Assembly: GCA_951406725.2 (NCBI GenBank) | Contig: OX597829.1 | Coordinates: 14,632,001-14,696,000 of the forward strand | Source: Octopus vulgaris | Taxonomy: Eukaryota | Reading direction: 5' to 3' | Length of the DNA: 64,000 bases | Shown: one piece after another, positions 44,777 to 58,580 of the stretch | Numbering within the stretch: position 1 is the stretch's first letter | Layout: each line of letters begins with the position of its first letter | Position numbers and translations under genes: made by a program | Notes under the pieces: model-generated | The model's database searches: none | The model's input: the letters and a program-made list of their open reading frames with translations, nothing else | Told to the model about the DNA's origin: nothing

Positions 44777-44801
44777 GTATGTATGTTTGTATGTATGTAT
44801 G

Positions 44802-44839
<38 letters not shown>

Positions 44840-45115
44840 CGAATATTTATGTATACATTACACACACACACGAATATCCATGTATATATGTACGTAGATA
44901 AAGACGTATATACACCCAATGACTACAAATCTATGCAATTTATCGTAATTCAAAAGGATTTTGGTGTTAATATGGCGGAAATACAATAATGTGAACATCG
45001 AAAAGCTCTCTACAAAATATGATTCGTCTTGGAGAAATAAGTTCTGAGATGACAGTTATTATATTATAGATATTTATTCCATTTTATAACTTTAAGGAGA
45101 CAAGTTTTATTACTC

Positions 45116-45151
<36 letters not shown>

Positions 45152-45657
45152 TGAGATGAAATATTATTTTCTTAAAATGTCAATCAACATACAGCTTTAT
45201 TAAGTGTATAAGCGACAAAAATGAACAGAAGCCAGAAGTTATGTCCCTTCTTTTGGAAATGTCATAAGTGACACGAATATTTATTCATTTAATCTGCACA
45301 TCGTCTTTATAATGTTAAAGAAAAAAATCATCCCAGAGTTTGATGACCTAAATAACAGCGCATACCGCTTAGTTAACTATGATTTTTCTTCTATGAAAAC
45401 TTATTTTGGCCACAACACACACACATAAATTTATACAGTAAAACCCTTTTTCCACAAAAGGCATGAAGTAACATGTGATCATTTATTTGTCCTCTCTTTC
45501 CTTCTTACTCTTGTTATTTAAGTAAAAATTACCTAGTAAATATATACACCATTATATTTTCAGAGAAACTATAAATTTATTTGTCATGTGAAAGAATGGC
45601 TCTCTAATGAGAAAGTTATTTAAAAGAAAAATTAAGGCAAGATATATTAATTTGGAA

Positions 45658-45893
45658 ATACCTATTTCTTTACTACCCACAAGGAGCTAAACACAGAAGG
45701 GACAAACAAGGACAGACAAACGGATTAAGTCGATTACATCGACCCCAGTGCTTAACTGGTACTTAATTTATCGACCCCGAAAGGATGAAAGGCATAGTCG
45801 ACCTCGGCGGAATTTGAACTCAGAACGTAGTAGCAGACGAAATACTGCTAAGCATTTCGCCCAGCGTGCTAACGTTTCTGCCAGCTCACCGCC
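45658..45893 (-). mobile_element. SINE family C with TSD
   Basis: Flanked by ttaatttggaaata on both sides. Confidence 0.92.
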
Positions 45894-46928
45894 TTTAATT
45901 TGGAAATACCACCATCACCACCACCACAGTCATCATTCTCATCATAATTATCATTGTCGTTCTTTCTTTCGATGATGGCATGGAAGTAATTACAGAGGTA
46001 TGAAATAACTGAAGATTATGGAAGTCATCGAAAAAGTCATAGCCTAAATAATTACGAAGAGTGCCAAACTAAGATCAGAAGCAATTTGGTGCTTATAGAT
46101 AGCACTGTATCTATCAGACTGTTCGGTATTGTTATTTCCCGCTGGTCACAATGGGCTTCCAATTTTTTCTTGTTGCGCCCGTCTTTTCAATCTTAGCCAA
46201 AATCATTGACTTAAATCATCCTCCCAACATTGTGGAACCTTTCCGAGTATCCCTTTCGAAAAGTACCGGCTACTAATATATTTCTCAGCTTTTTAGCACT
46301 ATACGTCTCTACAGGAACCTTTATCGAAACGAATACCGCAACTCCGTAGCTTTCTACAGGCTATCCACGTTAAGGAAGATATAGAGAATGCTATTCTCAA
46401 CAAACGTTGCTTCCGTTGCTTGTAAGGAATTCTTTCTCCCAGCACATCAGCTATTTGCCATACCAGTGTTTTCTTAACCCTGTATCAGTAGAAGTGAAAC
46501 ATACTTAAGCATGTGCTTGCTAGTGGATACTTCCTATTAACGATTTGCACAGACACAGAATTCATGATTTAGCAACTCCACTACACGGTTCGACGATTTT
46601 CGTCTGTTACCCGGTGTACTTATGTGCTTTAGCACTGTACGTTTACACAGCATAGATAAAGATAAAATGGATCTACGAATAGCTATTCATAAACAAAGCA
46701 AGTATATAAAAATTAAAAACTAAGAAAAAATTATTTTGATAAGTATAGAATGAGTTGGTACTATTCTTACTTTGATAAAGATATATCTTTAAATAATGTA
46801 TTTAAGAGGATTTGACAATCTCGTAGGAGACGAACAGACAAAAAACTGTGGCATATTGGATACCTACAAAACACAGTCACCTCTTCACCTCTACCCGAGA
46901 GGCCACACACACACATACACATATGCAT

Positions 46929-47435
46929 ACACACATTTATACAAGTATATATGTAAGTATATATACACGGGCTTCTTTCAGTTTTCTTCAACCAAATCCA
47001 CTCATAAGGCTTTGGTCGACCCTGGGCTATTGGTAGGAAACAGTGATGATGTGTCTATGCAGTGGGACTGAACACATGACCACATGTTTAACAAACAAGC
47101 GCCTTACCATACAATCACGTTTTTATATATTGTCATAAACACATGGCACTCCTCGCTTATGACGACGAGGGTTCCATTCGATCCGATGAGGGAATTGCAT
47201 TCTCGCGAAATTAACGTGTAAATATCTGAGCACTCCACAGACATGTTTATCATTCATGAAGTTCTTAGTTCTTAGCTACCACAACTGTTCGCACAACATC
47301 TCAACTGCCAATACCTAAGCACAATGAGTGGAAACGATCGTTGTGAATAATAGTCTCGTGAATTCGCTTTTCTTTCTTATATTGACACAAACACACGCAC
47401 TTGCATACATATGAACACATGCACGCATACATAGC

Positions 47436-47477
<42 letters not shown>

Positions 47478-48064
47478 ATGCGCAGGCTTATCTGTGTAGT
47501 AAGAATTTAGATTCTTAACCTTATGGTTCTGGGTACATACAGACTCTGTGACATCTTGAGCAAGTGAGAGGATTTGGCCTAAGAGATCGATAGAATAAAT
47601 TATAGGCTAAAAATGATAAGGGTTCAATCCATTCGGCTAAAAGGCAGTACCCGAGAATAGCCTCAGTCTAATGAGTGAAGAAATAGATAACCCTACCTAC
47701 CTACCTACCTACCTACCTACCTATCTACCTATCTGCATGTCTGTCTGTATGTCTGTGGAGTGCTCAGATATTTACACGTTAATTTCGCGAGAATGCAATT
47801 CCCTCATCGGATCGAATGGAACCCTCGTCGTCATAAGCGAGGAGTGCCATGTGTTTATGACAATATATAAAAACGTGATTGTATGGTAAGGCGCTTGTTT
47901 GTTAAACATGTGGTCATGTGTTCAGTCCCACTGCATAGACACATCATCACTGTTTCCTACCAATAGCCCAGGGTCGACCAAAGCCTTATGAGTGGATTTG
48001 GTTGAAGGAAACTGAAAGAAGCCCGTGTATATATACTTACATATATACTTGTATAAATGTGTGT
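46929..48064. repeat. Near-perfect ~316-bp inverted duplication (46929-47244 / 47749-48064)
   Basis: Reverse-complement identity; only one mismatch noticed by eye. Confidence 0.95.
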
Positions 48065-48125
48065 CTATCTATCTATCTATCTGCCTGTCTGCCTGTCTGT
48101 CTGTCTGCCCATCTATCTATCTATC

Positions 48126-48884
48126 GAGGAGTACCTGACCCGCCTGTTCAGGACGACTTTCGGGCCAGGGCCCATGGACAACTTCCAGAGATCCCTGGCC
48201 TGGCAGTGCTACCGAGAAGCGCTACCCGTTCGGGATAAGCTCTACAGACACGGCTCGAGAAACACGGGGCCGACCTGCCCGAGATGCGGTCAGAGCGACG
48301 AAACCGTTCTGCACGCACTCGTTCAGTGTCCAACAATTTCCGACCTGTGGGCTTATGTCGAACAACTGCTGTCACGTGTGGGACGAGTCGGTTTATCAGC
48401 TGAGTCTATCGTCAATATTGTCACGCCTCCTTCCTTCAAACGGGAAGGAAGAGCTATTTTCATCATCCTTGTGGCTATGGCGAAAGAATGTATCTGGTGG
48501 ACGCGTCTGAAAGGATTGGAGACAAACACTTTCCTCTCTGGTCAATCTCTCATCAACTTCTTCAAGTACCACTTGAAAAGGAAAGTGAGAGTAGAGAGGC
48601 AAGTTTTGTCTAGCGAATGTTTTAAAAAAAGATGGGTGAATGTAGCAAGAATGGCACGTATGAATGACGAAGCCACCTTGAGCATAGTCCTATGAACCCA
48701 GAAATCGAAAACAGAGAGTTGCTTATTTGCAAAAAAAAAAAAAAAAAAAAAGAAATATAAAATGTGACTTCATTGACCGAGGTTACCGTGGTCTTTTCCG
48801 TAGGCTTTTCTTTCCACGGGTAAACCTCACCTGTCCTCCCCTTTACACTTCATATTGACATTTCTGTGATAACGATCCCTATTG

Positions 48885-48915
<31 letters not shown>

Positions 48916-49098
48916 CCTCTCCCCCTTTTTTTAACCCCCTTTTTTTTGTCCTCCTTCTCTCCTTTTACGATCCCTTTTGATCGAAACTCCCCCTTACTTT
49001 TTTTTTTTTTTTTTTTTTTTTTTAAACATTCAAAAGAAAAGCTCTACCTTGTAATTTGTTCTATCTGTGTGCAGCCCTGTGTGGCTAATAAAGAAACA
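48126..49098 (+). mobile_element. 5'-truncated Tx1/L1-clade LINE (zf-RVT C-terminus + 3' UTR)
   Basis: SLAWQCYREALPV...CPRCGQSDETVLHALVQC..LW, open to stop at 48695; T-rich UTR; aataaa at the 3' end; flanked by (TATC)n. Confidence 0.88.
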
Positions 49099-49175
<77 letters not shown>

Positions 49176-49181
49176 GCCTGC

Positions 49182-49216
<35 letters not shown>

Positions 49217-49249
49217 CCTGTCTGTCTGTCTGCCCATCTATCTATCTAC

Positions 49250-49294
<45 letters not shown>

Positions 49295-49348
49295 AATCAA
49301 TCTGTCAGTCTATCTATCTATCTATCTATCTATCAATCTGTCTGTCAG

Positions 49349-49423
<75 letters not shown>

Positions 49424-49524
49424 GTCTGTCTGCCTATCTATCTATCTGTCTGTCTGTATATCTATCTATCTATCTATCTGTCTATCTATCTATCTATCTA
49501 TCTATCAATCAATCTGTCTGTCAG

Positions 49525-49596
<72 letters not shown>

Positions 49597-49650
49597 ACTA
49601 TCTATCTATCTATCTGTCTGTCTGCCTATCTATCTATCTGTCTGTCTGTA

Positions 49651-49704
<54 letters not shown>

Positions 49705-49725
49705 CCTAATCTATCTACCTAACTA
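49099..49725. repeat. (TATC)n/(TGTC)n compound microsatellite
   Basis: Direct inspection. Confidence 0.95.
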
Positions 49726-49987
49726 ATCTCTCCCCCCCCTCTCTCTCTCTGTAACATTAACTGAGTCCCAGTACACATTGACTTGTGTACAACGAAGACA
49801 TTTGTTATTCGTCAAGACATAAATTAATTTTACATTGCCTATCTCCAAATCTCTCCTGAATACCTCATATATAAATTTTACCGTATTTCGACACACAGAA
49901 TATTTTAATTATTGAAGAAAATTACATTATTTTCTGTGAAAATATTGTTTTGTTTCACTGGCTAACGGCTATAATTTACTAAAGGTT

Positions 49988-50022
<35 letters not shown>

Positions 50023-50685
50023 AGAATAGTAGTTCTGGAAACACACACAAAGCTAGGAAAACAACATACAAATATTGGGTGGAAAAATCGGTTTGGTTAG
50101 AATAGTCGAAGGCTGTCAGTGGAACTTGACCCCACATCTACTGTAAATATGACAGACGTTCTCTTATTGGACCAAATAATTTCCCTCTCTATTTGTGAAA
50201 CTTTATTTTAACCAACAAGAAAATCTATATTGTCGGCATAAACATTTTATGAACTTCGAGAGAAACTGAAATAATTCTTTGTTCTTTGTTGTTGGTGTTT
50301 ATTTTCTTTTAATGGTGAATCTCAAAATCTCAAAACAAGTAATGCTATAAATAATAGCTTGTAAATATTGATTTGAAAAATTCCTTTCGATGAAGAAAGC
50401 CTGTACTTGGAGAACCACTATTCTAAAGGCGAATTATTTCACGCTCTTCGGAATGTTTGTAAGATTCTTATGACGACAATCATATACAGATACACAGAAA
50501 CGTTCCTGGCTTTAAGGGTGTATCGAAAGGCCTGGCTGTGGGCCCAACCTTCCGAATGTTTTTACAGGGCTTAATCTGAGATTAGGGTGAATCTGAGAGG
50601 GGAATATGTTGAATAAAATCATAATTAACTGATCCTCCTGTATTTTCTCTTACCCAAAGCTAGGAACTTTTCAACACCCCTGGTG

Positions 50686-50724
<39 letters not shown>

Positions 50725-50732
50725 ATGTATAT

Positions 50733-51014
50733 ATCAGATGTTGCTACTCATCGCTGGTCACAATGCGCTTCGCATTGTTTTAGCCTTCAAATGACGCCAC
50801 CCCGCTGGCTAAGCGAGCAGGCCAACAGAAGAAAGAGTGTGAGAAAGTTGTGGCGAAAGAGTACAGCAGGGATCACCACCATCCCCTGTCGGAGCCTCGT
50901 GGAGCTTTTATGTGTTTTGGCTCAATAAACACTCACAACGCCCAGCCTGGGAATCGAAACCGCGATCCTACAACCGCAAGTCCGCTGCTCCAACCACTGG
51001 GCCATTGCGCCTCC
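50733..51014 (-). mobile_element. SINE family B
   Basis: Family match. Confidence 0.9.
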
Positions 51015-51025
51015 ACGTATGTATG

Positions 51026-51061
<36 letters not shown>

Positions 51062-51319
51062 TACATGCATACATACATACATACATACATACATACATAC
51101 ATACATACATACAACAGCTGTGCTCCAGCATGGCCACAGCTCTGAGCTGAAACTACAAACCAATATATATATATTGAGAGAAAGAGTGTAGAGGGAAAGA
51201 AAAGAGAGCGAAGAAAGATAGAGTAGAGGGAGAGAAAAGGGAGTGGAGAGAGAAAAAGAGAGCTTTCTCTACTCTAAGGACTGGTTTCTGAGGCATATTA
51301 GTAACTGAGATCATAGTAT

Positions 51320-51735
51320 TCCTCTTGAACGGGATACCAGTCTGAGTGGATTGAAGTAACGGTGAAAGGAAGCGATTTGCTAAAGATTATAAGACGACGA
51401 CTGGTTCAGGATTCGAAACCACGAGTTTGCGTCTGTGAGTCCAACACCCTAACGACATAGCCATGATCTTCACTGGGTAGATAGATACGTTGATATAAAG
51501 TAGATGGGTAGATATATTTGGTCAAATGTCTGGCATGAGCCCAAGAATTCATTTACACACCCGACACAATTGCTTGCGACACCGGTTCATTGAAGCGTGA
51601 ACTTCCCAGGTATTACTGGGGATAGACTGGAGTAACGAGATCTGAAATGTTTTGCTCAAAAGCGTAATTTCACGATTGATCCAGAATTCGAAACCACGAG
51701 TAGGTGCAACACCCTTAACTCTAAGCCACGCAACT
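51320..51735 (-). mobile_element. Two old tRNA-derived SINE remnants (possibly CORE-like)
   Basis: Antisense B boxes (ggattcgaaacc, gaattcgaaacc) and A-box-like ends ccctaac..agcca. Confidence 0.5.
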
Positions 51736-52367
51736 TAACCTTTAGACTTGACAGTCTCAAGTCCTAGAACTCATTGTGTCGTTTATTCCGATTTCCATCC
51801 CGAGAGCACAGCATTTCCACTGAACAGGTTTATGATTCTATTAACCGGTTGCTAGAGTCACGTTATTTTTATCTTTTATCTTTTGTTTCAGTTACTGGTC
51901 ATGCTGGGGCACCACCTTGAAGGGTTTTAGTCGAATAAATTGACCCCTGTACTTTTTATTATTGTAAGTCTGGTACATACTTCATCGATTCCTTTTATCA
52001 TGTCCTTGCGACACACTAACCACGAGACCGCGCTCCGTGTGAAACGACAGAACAAAATTAGCAGACACAATTTGTTTCTGTCACTGCTGCTGCTACTAAC
52101 ACTACCCTGCTGTTATAGCAGTTTAACTAGAGAGAGAAAAACAGCAGGGTTGTTTTCGTGGAAAAAGTCCTCTTCATGCAAATGTTTCGTCTCTTAACTA
52201 CGTATAAACTAAGGAGCAGGGCCGGCTGCTCTGCCACTCTGCTACCACATTCTACGCCTTTGTTTACAATGTAACTCTCCTGGATGGCTAAGGTGTCCCA
52301 GATCCAAGATGCTTTGAGTGTTGTATCAACTTCTTTCAAAGACATCAGCTGACTATATTGTAAATTA

Positions 52368-52783
52368 GGCGGCGAGCTGGCAGAAAAGTTAGCACGCCAG
52401 GCGAAATGCTCAGCAGTATTTCGTCTGCCGTTACGTTCTGAGTTCAAATTCCGCCGAGGTCGACTTTGTCTTTCATCCTTTCGGGGTTGATAAATTAAAT
52501 ACCAGTTATGCACTGGGATCGATATAATCGACTTAATCCATTGTTTGTCCTCGTTTGTCCCGTCTATGTTTAGCCCCTTGTGGGTAGTAAAGAAATAGGT
52601 ATTTCGTCTGCCGTTACTATCTGAGTTCAAATTCCACCGAGGTCGACTTTGCCTTTCATCCTTTCGAGGTCAGTTAAATAAGTACCAGTTACGCACTGGG
52701 GTCGATGTAATCGACTTAATCCCTTTGTCTGTCCTTGTTTGTCCCCTCTATGTTTAGTCCCTTGTAGGCAGTAAAGAGATATA
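52368..52783 (+). mobile_element. SINE family C partial tandem dimer
   Basis: Full monomer, then a restart at gtatttcgtctgccgtta; flanks tatattgtaaat / tatattctaaat. Confidence 0.9.
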
Positions 52784-52804
52784 TATTCTAAATGATGCCT
52801 TTTT

Positions 52805-53270
52805 AAATTCACTTCCATTCTTCCTTGACCAAATCCAGCTGGAACTCTTCTCAGCTGCTTTTGCCTTTTCTTAAGAAGTTTGGTTCTCTGCCTCACAGAA
52901 CTGAGAGCCGCTTCATTAGATCATATGCAGATTCAGCCATAAACCCTCTCGCACATAACTCTGTAACATCTAATATCTGTCTCGACTTTATAGTGGGTCA
53001 TGTTTATTCAATGAATGCTCTTGCTGTTTCTGTTATTCCTGCTGCGATTCTCCGCTATTATTGGTGTTTCTTGCATCAATGTACCCGTTCAATTATTTCC
53101 ACAATTGTAGTATTGATATGAGCTCTTTCAATTATACAATAGCAACATCGTTATTTTCTTTAGTTGTATTAGGCGTCTAGGATTTAGCTTCTATCTTTCG
53201 ATATATTCAAAGTCACGAATTTCTTTTCTATTAGATGTTAGGAAGTGTCATAATGATATATAACTTCGTC
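52805..53270 (-). mobile_element. HERO/R2-superfamily (restriction-like endonuclease) LINE 3' fragment
   Basis: CARGFMAESAYDLMKRL...KAAEKSSSWIWSRKN. Confidence 0.7.
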
Positions 53271-53316
53271 AGGGGACCAGAAATTTATTTTGTAGGTTAG
53301 TAGTATTGACATTATA

Positions 53317-53482
53317 GGCGCAGGCGTGGCTGCGTGGTACGAAGTTTATTTCCCAATCACATGCTTCCAGGTTCAGTAACGCAGCGTAATTTCTAGGACG
53401 GGTGTCTACTTATATAACCACGGACCGACCGAAGCCTTGTGAATAGATCTACTAGACGGAAACTGAAAGAAGTTTATCGTGA
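53317..53482 (+). mobile_element. SINE A 5' half
   Basis: ggcgcaggcgtggctgcgtggta...gacggaaactgaaagaag. Confidence 0.8.
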
Positions 53483-53515
53483 ATGTGTGTGTATATGTGT
53501 TTGTATATATATATG

Positions 53516-53586
<71 letters not shown>

Positions 53587-53599
53587 GTCTTATTTGTAT

Positions 53600-54320
53600 A
53601 AGACGGCATATTGATACCCATCCATTATTTTCACAGACTTCAACCAACTCACTTTATTTTCTGTCTTTCCTAGGAAAAGCGTCTTCGATGTTCTCTTCCT
53701 AGAGACCTCTCAGATTTACCATCTTTGCAGTCTTCTTTTCTTTGCACCTTCTTTTATATGGTTGGGTCTTTCCGTCATTGAAAAGTGGGAAGTGATATTT
53801 ACCACCAAGGTCAACAAAGATCTCACAATCCCCCACCTCCCGCCCCGCATTTAATTTGCATCAAACTTTGATGAGTCAGGCATTGTGACTCTGGGCCAGA
53901 TGTTTCTACCATCCTCACTGCTCATTCTTGTTACACCACACGTTCACTCTTTTGAGACAGATGAAATGGCTTGCTTTCTCGATGGCAGTACGTTTTATCT
54001 CGTTTGCAGCTAATCCAAAACTTGTGTGAGCATCGAGCGAACCCTGGTGCCAGCAGATCTTCTAACACCATCATATGCACAAAGGATTAATTCTCTCTTA
54101 TACCACCAGCTACAGATTTCCCTCCATAGATTTCCTACATCCTTACATTCGTCTATTCTCAACAAATTTTCATCATATTTTTGCCTTATTAGGAGTTATG
54201 AATAAAACAAACTGGCAGCTAGTTCGTTATTTTCACAAATTGGCGAATTCTGCACACGTTTTTCTACTTTCCAGTGGCTGGCTTTTGTTCATGTATTCTG
54301 CTTCCATACGCAAGCTACAC
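53600..54320 (-). mobile_element. Further HERO-like RLE fragments
   Basis: [26 protein letters not shown]; IDECKDVG; AIEKASHFICLKR. Confidence 0.55.
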
Positions 54321-54423
54321 ACATAAACACTACATACATGCGCAAATTGGGTATACATACATATACATATAGTTATACATACATACATGCATATACATAT
54401 AGTTATTCTTATTATTACAATCA

Positions 54424-54529
54424 TTCTTCTTCTTCTTCTTCTTCTTCTTCTTCTTCTTCTTCTTCTTCTTCTTCTTCTTCTTCTTCTTCTTCTTCTTCTC
54501 CTTCTTCTTAATAACAATATTGATAATGA

Positions 54530-54580
<51 letters not shown>

Positions 54581-54820
54581 CATCATCATCATCATCGTCG
54601 TCGTCGTCGTCGTCATCATCATCATCATCGTCATCAACATTGTCACTGTCATCATCATCATCATAATCATCATCATCATCACCATCATCATCGTCATCGT
54701 CGTCGTCATCATCATCGTCATCATCATTATGATTACTGTTAGTATTATTATTATTATTATTATTACTTTATTATTATCCTTATTATTAATATTATCATTG
54801 CTACCATTACCATTATTATT
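54424..54820. repeat. Compound trinucleotide tract (CTT)(ATT)(ATC)(GTC)
   Basis: Direct inspection. Confidence 0.95.
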
Positions 54821-55114
54821 ACTCATTTATATTATTTTCGTAGTTTTTGATATTAGTATCAGTATTATTATATTTTTCGACACACAGACATTGTCTATTG
54901 GAGCAAGTCTCGCAGAATCACGTTACCATTCACTATTAGCTTAACGTGACTAAAATACTAAAGTCCATAACATTATCAACATTGCTATCTCCGGCAGATC
55001 TTAATGACTCTCATAGGCTTCCATACTTTAGTTCTGTGTTATGTGCGTGTCTCCCTCCCTCTAACCCCCTCTCTCTATATATAATTAGACATGTAAATAG
55101 AGGCATGTGTGTGC

Positions 55115-55213
<99 letters not shown>

Positions 55214-55402
55214 TGTGCATGTATATCTATTTGTGTATGTATATATTTACGTGTATATATATGATACATGCATAAACACATGCACACATATAGTCAAATT
55301 TGGTCTATTTCTATGTCCCTGTCACTCTTTTAAAACTAGTTATACCAGTGTGTCTTCGTATATAAAAACTTGTGTGCTTGTATGTATATATGTATGTATA
55401 TA

Positions 55403-55459
<57 letters not shown>

Positions 55460-55531
55460 CTATATATATATATGTGTGTGTGAGCGCGCACGTGTGTGTA
55501 CACAGATATACATACAAACAAACATACATAC

Positions 55532-55587
<56 letters not shown>

Positions 55588-55593
<6 letters not shown>

Positions 55594-56815
55594 TGTCCAC
55601 TCGTGACCGAGGAATACCATTATTGACCATTAAGAACATTGTGCAATCAGACAAATTTATACTTTAAACTTGTGGCTCCGCTAGTGACTAATGAGCCCAG
55701 CTTTTGATAAATACTTACTTACCTCCACAGATATTACAGACCAAATTTTCCCCATTCATTACAGTGTTGGTGCGTTTTTTGAAAAGCTCGCTTAAATCCT
55801 GAATTAAAAATACGTGCTTTTTCGAAAATACCCACTCCTTCCTTTACTTGTCTCATGTCTCCTCCTCTCCTATTGGTAAAGAGGATGTGCACTGTTTTCA
55901 AAATTTACCTCCCTCATTTTACATGCTTTCAACGAGGACTTTACACCCCACATAAACTCTGGTCTTAGTTTCTCTTGGAGTGGTGGGGGATGCTTTCCAA
56001 AAGCACGTTCGCCATAAAGCATCTGTTTAGGAATTCTTCAAACATTCAACCGAACAAGATTTCTAGTCCAAGGTATACAATGTTCATGCACCATCGTCTT
56101 AATGCTCAGAACGTCGGATCCCCTCAAAGCCTTTGTTTCTTGAGACCACAAACAAAGACCAGCCAACATTCAGAATGTGTCTCTGTTCAAAGTCCCTTAT
56201 GTAATGCCTATAAAAGTGCCATGTCTTACATGAGTAAAAGAGCGACATGTGTATGGTACACAGCAAATTTTATTCGTCTTTTGACGCGATATTGAGACTA
56301 GATTCGAGACTAAAGAGCCATAAAAGAATCAGTTGCTCTTTGATGCCTTAAATATATTTCGTCATCCAAGCAGCAAGAACGGTTGAGTGTGTTTGTTGCC
56401 CAGACTTGTCTACCACTTTCAGTACTGTTCCTTCAACTAAGGTAGATTGTTTCACATACGGATTTCCTGGTGCAGGCTGGAACATAAGAGCAGTCTTGTT
56501 CAGTTTAGAACTGAGTCTAGATGCTTTGCGACATGCAGAATTACGATCCATGATAAGTTGTATATCTTCAACTAGACGAGCAACTAAGTCGCAATATTGG
56601 CAGCAAATAGACACAGTTTAAAAGGAATATCAGAAGATTGGTACCTCGGTCATATCTCAGGAGAGCAATCCGAGGTAAAAGTATGGTGAGAGATTGCAGC
56701 AAGAATTCAAGGATGTCACCTCGTTTGACACCAATTTCTATTGGAATGGGTTCCACAATTCTACCATCGACATTAACCCACTACTCCAACCAATGGATTT
56801 AATCAACGATACAAA
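55588..56815 (-). mobile_element. 5'-truncated RTE-clade LINE
   Basis: PIEIGVKRGDIL; DIQLIMDR; KTALMFQPAPG..Y...VEGTVLKVVDK; 3' end abuts (TA)n. Confidence 0.75.
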
Positions 56816-56817
56816 GT

Positions 56818-57040
56818 ATTAATCGTTTGTGCATATGATGGTGTTAGAAGATCTGCTGGCACCAGGGTTCGCTCGATGCTCTCAAGTTTTGGATTAGCTG
56901 CAAACGAGATAAAAGGTACTGCTATCCAGAAAGCAAGCCATTTCATCTGTCTCAAAAGAATGAACGTGTGATGCAACAAGAATGAGAAGTGAGGATGGTA
57001 GAAACATCTGGCCCAGAGTCACAATGCCTGACTCATCAAA
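56818..57040. repeat. Inverted copy of 53867-54091
   Basis: Reverse-complement match, e.g. ctgctggcaccagggttcgctcgatgc and ctggcccagagtcacaatgcctgactcatcaaa. Confidence 0.93.
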
Positions 57041-57619
57041 ATTTGTGTATTTTCCATTGCGTTGCTTTATTCTTCGTCAAATAGGGACTGATTTAATGAA
57101 AATATTTCTGAAGTACAGAGGCTCCTGTCTGCAAATTACAATACCCACAATATATTATTGCACAGAGGGCCATCAGTTGTGCAAGAGAATACAGCAAGTA
57201 ACCATTATAAAAATACAAAATGGCTGAAGTAACTATTACGCAAGAATGTACAGAACTGTTTGTGGGGAAGATACTGCTCATAATATTCAAGCTGCTGATG
57301 ATGCAAATGATAGTTAGGAGCTTTGTCATCTTATAGAGCATGTTTCTAGGCTCTTTTGCATTCCTAGATCTTTTACCCTACACATTAAATCGGTAGAAAT
57401 CACACGTCGCTACATTGAACATTTTTTTGGAACTTGTAAACCATGAGATAATTGTAGATGATTTAGTTATTGATGCTATTAAACAAAATCCTGTCATCAT
57501 CTCCTGGTACTCTGCGCACACAACAGACGAGGTAACAACAGTTATAAGTAAATTGACTATATATATCATTAATAATATTGCTATTATTAATATCATCATC
57601 AAATAAAAATAAAGAAATT

Positions 57620-57672
<53 letters not shown>

Positions 57673-58580
57673 TATCATCATCATTATTGTCATTATTATA
57701 ATTATAATAATAATAATAATAATAATTATTATTATTATTATTATTATTATTGATCACCGAGGTCGACTTTGGCATTTATCCTTTCAGGGTCGATAATTTA
57801 AGTACCAGTGTTTGAATGTATGCGTGTTTATTTTGGGGATTTCTGCACTCAACACATACACATACTTACTTATTAGTTGCATATTTGATGACATTCATTT
57901 GAACGCGGGGACGCAGAAATATCCTCGGTTGGTGTCAGAGTGAGCAGTAAAATTACTGGGAGTGAGGGACACCTAGCTGCTGCTACAGCAACCTTTTGTT
58001 CCTTTCGCTTCAACATACAAGAAGGTAATAATCAAGGACACCGAAAGGGTGGTATTCATATTGTATTCATAAACAAGCGTTTATCATAAAGAGATATGTT
58101 CGTCATTGGATTATAAACCAATGACGAACATATCTCTTTATAGTGAGCTCATTTGCATTTCCTCTGTTGAAAGTCTTATGGTGATGGAAGAGTGGCGACA
58201 TGTGTAAGCATAACCAGGTGGAAACGTGTTAAAGCTTTTGTCTGCCACCGATATTTCAAAACATGCAGATCTGCAGTGAGACTGAATTATCATCTGAGAG
58301 GTCAAGAACGGCAAATCTGACACTGAGGAAGCAAAACGAGACGGCAACCCTCTGTGAAGATGGAAGAATCGCCATGTATGTATGTATGTACGTTTATATA
58401 TATATACATCAGATTGTATTAATAACCATCTAGAAGAGGCTTTTCCTGGGATTAAAAAAGATAGTCATGTCGGACAGTCATATTGAAGTAGTGATAAACA
58501 TTACTTCGTTACTTGTCGGTATAATTTCTACTTTCATCTCTTATATAAATATTCTAATTACTTTGCTTGTTGTATATATA

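Noticed and set aside
46040-46640. Moderate-complexity block, possibly a LINE remnant
   Set aside because: No convincing motif in any frame
54233-54944. 185-197 aa ORFs on both strands
   Set aside because: Compound trinucleotide repeat
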